From a virus: DNA of 64,000 nucleotides. The stretch spans positions 18,363 to 82,362 of the IMG/VR virus record IMGVR_UViG_3300048444_000173; one strand, given 5' to 3'. How positions within the stretch are numbered: the first letter of the stretch is position 1; each line of letters begins with the position of its first letter. Of the stretch, positions 38,183-46,990 are shown in pieces. The notes below the pieces were generated by a model. That model searched no databases, was not told the DNA's origin, and worked only from the letters and a program-made list of their open reading frames with translations. A program made the translations under genes and the position numbers.

Positions 38183-38242
38183 AAACTCCTTAGTTATAAA
38201 AGTATCTCTACCAATATAATCTAAGGAGTTTGTATTTGTCAA
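38183..38242 (-). promoter_or_regulatory. sigma70 promoter plus RBS-sequestering hairpin for the HNH gene
   Basis: TTGACA(38242)-N18-TATATT; inverted repeat AAACTCCTTAG.TTATA / TATAACTAAGGAGTTT covering the AAGGAG RBS. Confidence 0.7.
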
Positions 38243-38248
38243 CAACTT

Positions 38249-39857
38249 TTATAAAATAAATTGTTTACGAGTAGTAAAGTTACTATTTTTGATAAGACCA
38301 TCTACAGCGAAACCAAGCGCATCAACATGGTTAGGGGAGCGCCCCTTGCCATCGAAACTAATCATCTCATTCTCAAGCTCGCCAAGATCTGCGTTAGTGT
38401 CATGGAAAACTATTCCAGTTTCATAGAACTGAGCGCAAGTTATTGCTCTAGCATATTTCTTATTCACTGACGAAAATTCTTCCATAGGCAAGAAGGGGTG
38501 TTCTCGCTTAATCATGCTCTTATACATCCCTCCGATTCCGTTGGCTTCAATTCTCACCTTAGTCGGACAGAAGTTGCTGTATTTACTGTGTAACGAATGT
38601 ATAGTTTTAATACAAGTGTCACCAGACATTCTAGCAGTCTTATCTTCAACCACAAGAATCTTGTCAGATTCAGTTAGTACAGCAACGATTATACCAGTTT
38701 CGTCAGACGCTTTTGATGTAGATTCACCAGCAGGGTCTAAGCCTATAACAGCCTTCTTCCAATATTTAGGGTGAAACTCACCCATTTTTGTTGCTCTGCA
38801 CTTGTCTAAAAGGTCAGGATTCCAAGCCGCCATGTCATTGGCGAGAATAAGTTCACCCTCAACCTCTTGCATACCTAGCTTAGTTTTCCTTGTCCTTTCA
38901 GCGTTAGCAAGCATCTGGGGTGAAAGGTTGTCCGAGTTCTCGAAACTACTACCTGTCACAATCCTTACGTTACTATCTTCTTCCTCTGATTGTTTCTTTA
39001 ATTCAATCATCAAAGGTGTTGCTTTGGGTGTTGTTACAATGATACCCTGAGAAATACCCAGTCGTAAACCGTATAGCAAGTTATGATAGAACTCTAGCGC
39101 ATCGCCGGACCAAGCCGCTGCTTCGTCTGATAAAAGCACCTCCGAATTTATGCCCCTGCTACGCTCGCTGGACTCACTACTAACCAAACGGGCTACAGCA
39201 CCATTTTTATGCTTAAGTACACCATAGTGAGGCATATACTCTGGCTTGTTTGGGTCATTGTCTGAATAAGCGTTCAAGACCCCAGATTCACCTCTCACAA
39301 TTGTGTTCACAAGGTCATTGTTGCTCGGTGCAGCAATAGTGAGATGCTTTACCCCAAGCTCTTCAACATAATATTTATACATCCTTGCTAGACAGAAAGT
39401 TTTACCAACAAATATGTTCAACGTAGGTCGTTAATCTACGCCAGCGACATTACTCGCATCTCTATGTTACCATAGAAGTTCAGACTATATCTTCAAGGAA
39501 TATTATTCCAAGCTCCTCGTTTCCACCCACTTGGGCGTACGCCTCCCAGCTAGTCGTTACACACGGCTATTAAGCCTTGCTCGGTATTGTCCATTTAGGA
39601 GTTCCACCGAATTAGAGGAGTTTTACGTGAGCAAGGTTTTACCCACGACCTGCCAATACAAGGCAGATGTTTCTTTCTAGGTCAACAGGGATAAACTGTT
39701 TACGTCTAAGATGTATGATTGGATCATAAGCAAACTCTTCACGTTGAGCCGCCGTAAGATTATCAATAAATGCCTGTTTATCTTCTTTTGGCATCTGTTT
39801 TAACCGCTCACCTAAGTCCAATCTCTGCTCAGGTGTTAAGTCCGATAGTTTTTGCAT
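38249..39857 (-). CDS. terL: terminase large subunit, join(39857..39641,39408..38249), 458 aa spliced
   Basis: Splicing restores Walker A LAGRGFGKT; RSRG, SDEAA Walker B, TTP, nuclease GLDPA...DETGI, SPNHVDA. Confidence 0.92.
39409..39640 (-). ncRNA. group I self-splicing intron (no ORF) in terL
   Basis: P1 CGUGGGU/GCUCACG with U.G at the splice site; P AATTCGGTG, Q AATACCGAG, R GTAACGACTA, S AAGATATAGTC; terminal G at 39409. Confidence 0.93.
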
Positions 39858-39896
39858 AATTTACCTCGCCGTATCTATGCGTAAATGTCTAGCCCC

Positions 39897-40124
39897 TTAA
39901 TGCAGGGGCGTATCTTCTTCCACATTAGACACAGCCATATCAATCTTCGCATTAACTCTCGTCATCATTTTCCCGACAGCATCAGCATCCATAAGAAATT
40001 CTTGCACAGCCATTAGCAATAGATTAGCGCCAGATAAGCTGTCCTCATTATCAAAGTCAAACTTTACGCTCTCAATTTCTTCCGTAGCTTCATTACTCAC
40101 TATTGTCATTGAACACTTGCTCAT
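39897..40124 (-). CDS. hypothetical protein
   Basis: AAGGA RBS. Confidence 0.7.
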   Translation of the reverse strand: MSKCSMTIVSNEATEEIESVKFDFDNEDSLSGANLLLMAVQEFLMDADAVGKMMTRVNAKIDMAVSNVEEDTPLH

Positions 40125-40320
40125 AATTATCCTTATATTCTTCGCCTAGTTTGCTGGAAATATGTCCTAAGTAAATTACTGCTGGAACTGTTACGACAGA
40201 CCACCAGCCAAATGTTGCGATAGATGTTCCGACCAGATATGCTACAAGCAGAATAAATATCCCTAATATTCCGCCAACGTGTTTCAGCACCCACCTTCTA
40301 CGCTCTTTATTCGTCACCAC
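40093..40320 (-). CDS. small membrane protein
   Basis: Two TM helices. Confidence 0.65.
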   Translation of the reverse strand: MVTNKERRRWVLKHVGGILGIFILLVAYLVGTSIATFGWWSVVTVPAVIYLGHISSKLGEEYKDNYEQVFNDNSE

Positions 40321-40582
40321 TCTTCTCCTTATCTTCTGTGAAAATTACATCACAGTTATCTTTAACGCCACGATAGATGCAGTACCACTGGGCAAATCTG
40401 TCACCGTACTGATTGGTGATAACTCCGCCCATACAATCAAGCATAAATTCCGTAGCCTTAGCTTGTTGCTCATCTGTGGCACAATGGTATTCGTAGAAGC
40501 TATGGCGATGCTCCTCTTGTGCAAAAGCAACCACTGGCGCAAATACTAAGCAAGCTAATAATGTTTTAATCTTCGTCATCAT
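40307..40582 (-). CDS. secreted hypothetical protein
   Basis: Signal peptide AFA-Q; four Cys in the mature part. Confidence 0.65.
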   Translation of the reverse strand: MMTKIKTLLACLVFAPVVAFAQEEHRHSFYEYHCATDEQQAKATEFMLDCMGGVITNQYGDRFAQWYCIYRGVKDNCDVIFTEDKEKSGDE

Positions 40583-40898
40583 CTCGCTCCAATTCCTCGA
40601 CCAATTCCTTTACAGCCAAGTAACCCTGCTCAGAATATAGTTGCTGATATTGCGCCATCTTCTCGCTAATATCTTCTTCAATGATTCCGTCCCGAATGGT
40701 ATAACCCAAGACGAAATAAGTGAGAGGGTTCTGCCCCATTTGTCCTGCCTCAAACCATTCCATCCAACTCTTATACACTTCAAGCTCCTCAAGAGGATTT
40801 GTAGCGTCTTTTGGGATAAGGTAATGGTAACAGTCAGCCCAAGCTAATTTAAGGCTCTCACGGATTGCTGAGGCTTGTTTATCGCTATTATTCTGCAT
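40566..40898 (-). CDS. hypothetical protein
   Basis: Start adjusted to MQNN. Confidence 0.7.
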   Translation of the reverse strand: MQNNSDKQASAIRESLKLAWADCYHYLIPKDATNPLEELEVYKSWMEWFEAGQMGQNPLTYFVLGYTIRDGIIEEDISEKMAQYQQLYSEQGYLAVKELVEELERDDDED

Positions 40899-41118
40899 TA
40901 TCTTCATCCTCTTTAGCTTTGTCCTTAGATTCACTCTCTAAATATGACCGAACTAGCTGTGCATACATTAGCATAGCTTCTTCGTCCGAAAGGAATAGTT
41001 TGATAGCACCTGACATAATGTGCATAGCACGATCATCGCCAGCATTATTCTCTACAACAGTTTTGATGTTGTCATCGTCTTGCTTAGTAATTTTGATAAT
41101 GATTTCTGAATTGCTCAT
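40888..41118 (-). CDS. hypothetical protein
   Basis: GGAG RBS. Confidence 0.65.
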   Translation of the reverse strand: MSNSEIIIKITKQDDDNIKTVVENNAGDDRAMHIMSGAIKLFLSDEEAMLMYAQLVRSYLESESKDKAKEDEDNAE

Positions 41119-41749
41119 TAAATTGCTCCGTTACTTGTTTGTCAATCTTGCGTCCAACTTTCGATGAAATAGTTTTTACAGTCCAGTAGCTTAACCCTAA
41201 TGTTTCAGCCGCTTCCTTTAGGCTAGTATCATGTGCATCACGAGAGTAGTAGATGAGTTGCTCTCGTTCAGGATATTGTCCGACTACTTGTTCTTCAATG
41301 CTAAGGTACATATCCGCCACTTCTGCTACGTCAATGCTCTGGAATGCGTCTGTTAAATCTTCTACCTGTGATTCATTAAAAGAGAACTCTTGTTCATGGC
41401 TATGTTCAGCAATACTGTAAAATAGAAAATGGAAATCATCCTTGTCTTGGTCTGTGATATAATTCGGCTTACGATAACGAAATTGGTTAATGTATCTTGT
41501 CCGAACAATCGTGTAGAGATATGTTGTGAATGATGCCTTAAACTCAAATGATTGCTTAATGTATCGTGCTGCTGTTGACCAAACCTCTTGTGTAATATCG
41601 TCTATCTCTTCTTTGTCATGCTTTACGAGCTTATTTAGCCTTGCCTTAACCATTGGGTTGTAGCGTTTGTACAAAGCTGTAAAGGCGTGTTCATCTCCGT
41701 CTTTGTATGCTTGACAAAGCTCATTGGCTGTCATTTTGGTGTAATTCAT
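41084..41749 (-). CDS. ECF-type (group 4) sigma factor
   Basis: GDEHAFTALYKRY, DDITQEVW, F.TYLY.I.R...I...R (region 2); SLKEAAETLGLS..TVK (region 4); start MNYTK. Confidence 0.85.
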   Translation of the reverse strand: MNYTKMTANELCQAYKDGDEHAFTALYKRYNPMVKARLNKLVKHDKEEIDDITQEVWSTAARYIKQSFEFKASFTTYLYTIVRTRYINQFRYRKPNYITDQDKDDFHFLFYSIAEHSHEQEFSFNESQVEDLTDAFQSIDVAEVADMYLSIEEQVVGQYPEREQLIYYSRDAHDTSLKEAAETLGLSYWTVKTISSKVGRKIDKQVTEQFNEQFRNHYQNY

Positions 41750-41761
41750 TTCATATATCAT

Positions 41762-41921
41762 CCCGTTATAATTGGCTATGCTTACTATGACAATTTGGAA
41801 TAAATATAGTTCAAAATTAGTAGTGTTATAATGTAACAAAATAGGGGTCATTTTCGAAATGCTCTAGCCCATGTGTGGCGTAGCCTGTAGCTCGATTTTC
41901 GCTCTTAGATCCGTTATAATG
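41762..41921. promoter_or_regulatory. intergenic control site: 3 x GTTATAAT plus inverted CTCTAGCC...GCCTGTAG
   Basis: CCGTTATAAT at 41763 and 41911, GTGTTATAAT at 41823; GCCTGTAGCTCGAT matches 18467-18480 at 13/14. Confidence 0.5.
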
Positions 41922-42022
41922 GGGGGATTTCTGCCATGATTTCCTTGTTATAGTATTAGTAATGATCTATACTACAGATATTATGTAATAGATTATGTCA
42001 TAGACATTAGGAGTAAATAGTT

Positions 42023-43276
42023 ATGTCAGTAGAGTTAATAATGGATAGTAGAGTACACAAGGATAGTGATTACCTAGTTAATCTTATCTATGATTCTGTC
42101 ATAGGTTCTTTCAAGAATACTAGGACAAGAACAAGTAAGTCAAAAGTAAAGGGTTGTCTACAGTGTATTGTTAAAACATTACTCTACATGGACAAGGAAG
42201 GATACGGTTATGCTTCTGTTAGCCTAGATGAGTCTGACTACACTGGTAAAGCAAAGATAAATGGTGAGGACAAAGATATTCTACCATCGTATTCTTACAT
42301 GATTGACTTACTTCCACTCCTGCATGAGTTAAAATGGATTAAGTATAAGAAACATGACCAACTAGATTATGCCGAATACTCTGCCAGAATTATGAACCAT
42401 GGGTTTGACATAATTCCGTTAAAGGTTACTGACAGATGTTCTACCATTAGGCGAGGTAAGCGTTGGAAGCAACAACGTAAACGTAAGAAACATGTAAAAG
42501 ATATTAAGCCAACATTATCGGTTATAGAAATTAGGGACATGAATAAGAACTTATTACCAGTACCAGATACAGAGGAGACAAGACAGTTGAAGAAAGATAT
42601 GTTTGCATTAAATGACTGGATGAACAGTAACAAGGTTGTGCATCAAGGTGAACGCCTGTTTATTTGGCTTAAGCGTATCTACCAAATGGACTTTGAACAA
42701 GGTGGTCGATACTACTCTGAAAAAGGTACTGTGCAAAGCATTCCTAAGCAAGAACGATTCAATATTACTATTGCAGGTGAATCCATAAGTGAATTGGACT
42801 ATGTTTCATGCCAATACCGAATCCTTGCTGATTTCAATGCGGTAAATTTGGAACAAGGTTTTGACCCATACTTCATTCCAGAGCTTCCTCAAGTGAGCAG
42901 GAGTATGCTTAAAAAGTGTAGCGTTGTGATGCTTAACACAAGTGGAAGAAAGTCTGCCTATGGTGCTGTCAGGAATGAATTAAAGCATTTAGGCGTAAAA
43001 CCTAAGCAAGTATTTGACGCGCTAATTGATCACAACTGGTATGTTAAAGATTATGCGTTCAAACAAGTAGGAATGAAACTGCAAAAGATAGAGTCAGAGA
43101 TATGTGGCATGGTGTTGGATATTTGTATGCGTGATAATGTACCTGTGTTCCCTATCCACGACAGCTTCTTATGTCGAGCTAAGGACAAGGAATTATTGCA
43201 TGAAATTATGTTGCAATCTTGGCGTAATGTGTTAGGATTGAACATGAACTGTAAGATTAAGGAGGAAACACTATGA
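42023..43276 (+). CDS. minimal family-A/T7-RNAP-related polymerase (TV-Pol-like)
   Basis: GGRYY; Q.I.K..R..I.I.G; motif A ELDY; K....LN; LQKIES; motif C IHDSF. Confidence 0.65.
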   Translation: MSVELIMDSRVHKDSDYLVNLIYDSVIGSFKNTRTRTSKSKVKGCLQCIVKTLLYMDKEGYGYASVSLDESDYTGKAKINGEDKDILPSYSYMIDLLPLLHELKWIKYKKHDQLDYAEYSARIMNHGFDIIPLKVTDRCSTIRRGKRWKQQRKRKKHVKDIKPTLSVIEIRDMNKNLLPVPDTEETRQLKKDMFALNDWMNSNKVVHQGERLFIWLKRIYQMDFEQGGRYYSEKGTVQSIPKQERFNITIAGESISELDYVSCQYRILADFNAVNLEQGFDPYFIPELPQVSRSMLKKCSVVMLNTSGRKSAYGAVRNELKHLGVKPKQVFDALIDHNWYVKDYAFKQVGMKLQKIESEICGMVLDICMRDNVPVFPIHDSFLCRAKDKELLHEIMLQSWRNVLGLNMNCKIKEETL

Positions 43277-43524
43277 TTGACTTTACTGGTTACGACATGG
43301 ACTTAATCATTGATCGGTATCAGTGTGCTGGAGAACAACTAGACCGTGTTGAAGAAGCATGTGGTGATGAAGGAAAGATGTATGATCTTGCCTGTGAATT
43401 GGCTTGGGCAGAAGAATTGTTGTTTCAGCTTGAGATGGAGCTTATTGACGAAAAGGGTTATGAGCAAGACAGAGAATACCATACAATTAAGCAAGCATAT
43501 GGTGATGTTATTATTAAGAAATGA
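43273..43524 (+). CDS. acidic hypothetical protein
   Basis: AAGGAGG RBS, ATGA overlap. Confidence 0.7.
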   Translation: MIDFTGYDMDLIIDRYQCAGEQLDRVEEACGDEGKMYDLACELAWAEELLFQLEMELIDEKGYEQDREYHTIKQAYGDVIIKK

Positions 43525-43533
43525 GGATTAGAC

Positions 43534-43734
43534 ATGAGTAACAAATCACTTGCTGTTCTCGACAATGCGATTCGGTCTAAGAAGTTCAGGAATAAACCCT
43601 ATGTCATTATTCCTAAAGTAGAAGCTAAGGTCATATTATCGACACAGGCTCAGCAAAAGGTTTTGTTGGAAGAACAACAAGCATACATTGAAGAATTAGA
43701 AATGAAACTCAGGACAATAGGAGAGTTACTATGA
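43534..43734 (+). CDS. hypothetical protein
   Basis: GAGG RBS. Confidence 0.65.
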   Translation: MSNKSLAVLDNAIRSKKFRNKPYVIIPKVEAKVILSTQAQQKVLLEEQQAYIEELEMKLRTIGELL

Positions 43735-43928
43735 CACACCTAATCTTAGGCGCAATATCAGGCATAGTCATTTACTTCCTAATGCTATGCTTCATGTTCT
43801 GGCAAATACCACCAGACTTAGGTTCGCTGCAAGTTTATGACAGAGTGTTTATTTTTATATTCGGCTTGATATTTGCTGTAGCAGGTGGTATGGTTGGATA
43901 TGCAACTTTGAAAAATATGGAGGGATAA
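43731..43928 (+). CDS. small membrane protein
   Basis: Two TM helices. Confidence 0.65.
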   Translation: MTHLILGAISGIVIYFLMLCFMFWQIPPDLGSLQVYDRVFIFIFGLIFAVAGGMVGYATLKNMEG

Positions 43929-43930
43929 TT

Positions 43931-44668
43931 ATGACTAAACGAGAGAAGATTGAACAGGCAGTTGAGACATTACAAGGTAAATGGCCTGATGATTCTGTTG
44001 AAGGTGAGGATGTGTTACATCAATTCTACACTGGTAGATATGTTGCAGGTGTCTGCGAATCAACAACAGTTGATATGATCTGCACTCGCAAGGAATTCGA
44101 ACAAGTAGCTAAAGAACTAGGCTGGGTGAATGGCTGTAAGTGGGGCGTTGAATACCCGACTAATGGCGAGAAGCCTGAATTACCTGATGATGTTCAGGTG
44201 GCAATCAGGAATGAGAATGGAAGATGGCTCTCTTATGGCAATGAGGCCGATCAAGTTAAAAACTGGGAATGGGAACTAATTGAGTCATTTAAAATTATAG
44301 ATAAACGTTATAAACCTGAATCGGAATCAAACTGGCATTGTCGTGGTGAATACCCGCCCGTGGGAAGCAAAGCAAAACTAAATATAGATGAAAAGATGTG
44401 TGAAGTTGAAGTTATAGCATATCACGGTCATGGTGAATGTATGAGAGCATGGGTTTACAATATAGGTCGTGGTTACAGAACGACACTTCCCGATAGCTTA
44501 CGCCCAATCCAATCCGAGCAAGATAAATTCACCAATAACCTCGCAGAGCATATCAAGGACGTTGGTGATTCAGTTAGTTTTGCCGTTGAGGGCTATGAGT
44601 TTGCGGCAAAAGAAGTGATTAAATTCTTTGAAGAAAATGGATGGGAGAAACCTTATGAAAATCAATAA
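43931..44668 (+). CDS. hypothetical multidomain protein
   Basis: GGAGG RBS; YPPVG motif. Confidence 0.75.
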   Translation: MTKREKIEQAVETLQGKWPDDSVEGEDVLHQFYTGRYVAGVCESTTVDMICTRKEFEQVAKELGWVNGCKWGVEYPTNGEKPELPDDVQVAIRNENGRWLSYGNEADQVKNWEWELIESFKIIDKRYKPESESNWHCRGEYPPVGSKAKLNIDEKMCEVEVIAYHGHGECMRAWVYNIGRGYRTTLPDSLRPIQSEQDKFTNNLAEHIKDVGDSVSFAVEGYEFAAKEVIKFFEENGWEKPYENQ

Positions 44669-44900
44669 TGCAGCTTTGTCAGCAATGCCTACACAGGTCA
44701 ATGGTGGCGATTTATTTGGTGGACTGACTAAGCGTGAACAAATTGCTATGGTGGCATTACAGGGTATTTTGTCTAGCCCATATTATGCTGACTTTTGTGA
44801 CCAACCTAATTATGACCAAAAACCTAAAGCAGCAGCAATTAGCGCAATTAAACACGCAGACGCTTTGCTAGAAGAATTGGACAAAACCAATGACGACTAA
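44655..44900 (+). CDS. conserved small phage protein
   Basis: GLTKRE..A..ALQG....A...ADALL. Confidence 0.7.
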   Translation: MKINNAALSAMPTQVNGGDLFGGLTKREQIAMVALQGILSSPYYADFCDQPNYDQKPKAAAISAIKHADALLEELDKTNDD

Positions 44901-45192
44901 ACTATGTACACCAGAACTCGCCAGCGGAGGGCAGCAATACCCTTGCGCCAATTGTGGATTACCGCCAACACCAGAAGGACATGATGGATGCTTGGGTACT
45001 TTGCAAGGTAACATTAAAAATTCTTGCTGTGGTCATGGTAATGATAACCAAGCCTACATTCAATACGATGGTGACGTGGGTGTTGGCGAAGATGACGGTT
45101 GGGGTAATAGTTGGATTGGTGGAGTTGAGGCAAGAATTGAGCAGAAACGATTAGTGGAGGAACGTGAAAATGGAAAAAGATATACTAGATGA
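44890..45192 (+). CDS. Cys/His-rich hypothetical protein
   Basis: CANC, EGHD.CLG.L, N.CCGHG. Confidence 0.7.
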   Translation: MTTKLCTPELASGGQQYPCANCGLPPTPEGHDGCLGTLQGNIKNSCCGHGNDNQAYIQYDGDVGVGEDDGWGNSWIGGVEARIEQKRLVEERENGKRYTR

Positions 45193-45433
45193 GCTTAACA
45201 TCCAACGGGAGAGAGCTTGTCACTATGACTCGGTTGATCCTGAAGTCATTGATAGCGCCTACTTAGTAATAGAAGCCTGTCGTAAAAGAATTGACGACCT
45301 AACCTTTGACTTATCAGCGGCACATAGAGATATTAATGAACTTGAACGTGAATTATCACAAGCTATTGACATCATCGAGGATAGTGGTGTAGACTATGAT
45401 GAAATTGTTAAGGCAAGAGAAATTGGAGGATGA
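45170..45433 (+). CDS. hypothetical protein
   Basis: GGAGG RBS. Confidence 0.65.
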   Translation: MEKDILDELNIQRERACHYDSVDPEVIDSAYLVIEACRKRIDDLTFDLSAAHRDINELERELSQAIDIIEDSGVDYDEIVKAREIGG

Positions 45434-45720
45434 ATTATGAACGAAGAAATCTTCAACGAACATAACCGAGAATTAGAGCGAACCATCGCACGAATTGATT
45501 ACCAGATTGCTATGCTAGAGAAAGAGCGTAATGACTTGAAGAAACTATTATGGCATAAAGATTCGGATACAGGTGAATGGACAAGAACTTCAACATAATC
45601 CTTTCAGGCAAGACTTAGGGCAAAAATACTCCCTTATCCTATCCCCATTGGAACTATCCTGAGTCTTGCCACTCTAATCTCCATTACGTGTCAAAAATCT
45701 AGCACAAGGAGAACACTTCT

Positions 45721-46302
45721 ATGACAACAATCGCTATCGACCAATCCCTTACAATGGCAGCAGATTCCCAAGCTACAGTTGGCGACAGACGAGTTCAACA
45801 ACCCGTTACAAAGATATTCCAGACAAACGGTTATACCATTGGTGTTGCTGGTCGATACTCAGAAGCACTAGCATTCGTAGATGCTTTAGAAGATGCACTA
45901 GAGCGAGTTAAGCTACAACAAACCACCTACATAGAAATTGAACAAGGTGTTATCGAAGAAATGGACAACTTCCATGCGCTTATGATCACACCAGAAGGCG
46001 ACATCCTAGAGTACGAGGGAAGTCGTTTCACAGTACCCGTAGAAGCTCCTGTAGCGATTGGTAGTGGCGCTGACTATGCCCTAGCAGCTATGGAGTGTGG
46101 TAAGAACGCGATTGAAGCCGTAGAAGTTGCAATTAAATTTGATGTATATTCTGGAGGAGAAGTCCAGTTTGCATCAACCCCTGAGCCTGAGCAAGTACCT
46201 AGTCGAGAGGATTGGGAGAAGAAACCTAAACGTGAAATCCTAGACGAGATATTTGGTAAAAAAGATGAGCAACAGAAGCCCCTCCCCAGATCAGGTACAT
46301 AA
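45721..46302 (+). CDS. HslV/proteasome-beta-like Ntn peptidase
   Basis: N-terminal MTTIA, AADSQ, K, G.AG, AIGSG..YA, AV..A...D.YSGG. Confidence 0.8.
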   Translation: MTTIAIDQSLTMAADSQATVGDRRVQQPVTKIFQTNGYTIGVAGRYSEALAFVDALEDALERVKLQQTTYIEIEQGVIEEMDNFHALMITPEGDILEYEGSRFTVPVEAPVAIGSGADYALAAMECGKNAIEAVEVAIKFDVYSGGEVQFASTPEPEQVPSREDWEKKPKREILDEIFGKKDEQQKPLPRSGT

Positions 46303-46627
46303 CGACTTAAAGAAATTAGAAGCAAAGGTAGATGAGATGGTGTCTGTGCAAAGTGATATGCGCGATAACATTCTCATCTTAACTGAGAACCAGAAAGAGA
46401 TTAAACGTCTGCACGAAACACAGGCCGAACAAGGGCGTAGCATTCAGGACATGAATTTACGCCTTACTTTAACAGAAGCGGCTACAGCTAATCACAAGGA
46501 GAAACTGAAAGGAGTCTCTGAATCTAAGCTGGTGAATCGTGCAGTAATATTTATAGCAGGTGTTATCGCAACAGGATTGATAGGACTTGTATTTAAGGTA
46601 GCATTCCAATGGTTAACACAATCTTAG
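46265..46627 (+). CDS. coiled-coil protein with C-terminal TM (possible holin/lysis protein)
   Basis: Heptad region plus a single TM helix. Confidence 0.45.
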   Translation: MSNRSPSPDQVHNDLKKLEAKVDEMVSVQSDMRDNILILTENQKEIKRLHETQAEQGRSIQDMNLRLTLTEAATANHKEKLKGVSESKLVNRAVIFIAGVIATGLIGLVFKVAFQWLTQS

Positions 46628-46959
46628 AGTTATTTGTTCTAATACTTAGTTGCCTGTCTATATTCATTGGTATACTTGGACTAATAACTGTAGCTAAGTG
46701 TAAAGTCAAACGAATTAAACCAGCCATCATATCCGTACAAGTTGTTGCTGTATTACTAGCAATAGCTCACGCCGCATTACAATATACAAAAGGTATTGAC
46801 CTAGAATACACTATAGTGATTTATCTTGCCCTAAACTCTAGCTTCTTGTTATTAGTACAGGTTGTGGCGCTATTATTATGTCAGCCTAAGAGTGAGGTTA
46901 AGGATTGCCCTAAACTAAAGGCTAGGGTAAAAGTTTCAGGTAATAGTATTCTAAAGTAA
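46609..46959 (+). CDS. three-TM membrane protein (possible holin)
   Basis: Three hydrophobic helices, basic C-tail. Confidence 0.4.
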   Translation: MVNTILELFVLILSCLSIFIGILGLITVAKCKVKRIKPAIISVQVVAVLLAIAHAALQYTKGIDLEYTIVIYLALNSSFLLLVQVVALLLCQPKSEVKDCPKLKARVKVSGNSILK

Positions 46960-46990
46960 CAGTCCATCCAACAACACAAGGGTAGTCTTA

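Noticed and set aside
39639-39857. 72-aa ORF as terminase small subunit
   Set aside because: It ends in half of the Walker A motif and is terL exon 1
41750-41851. N-terminal extension of the sigma factor
   Set aside because: It lies in the intergenic motif region and adds no sigma-like sequence; a start at 41761 remains possible
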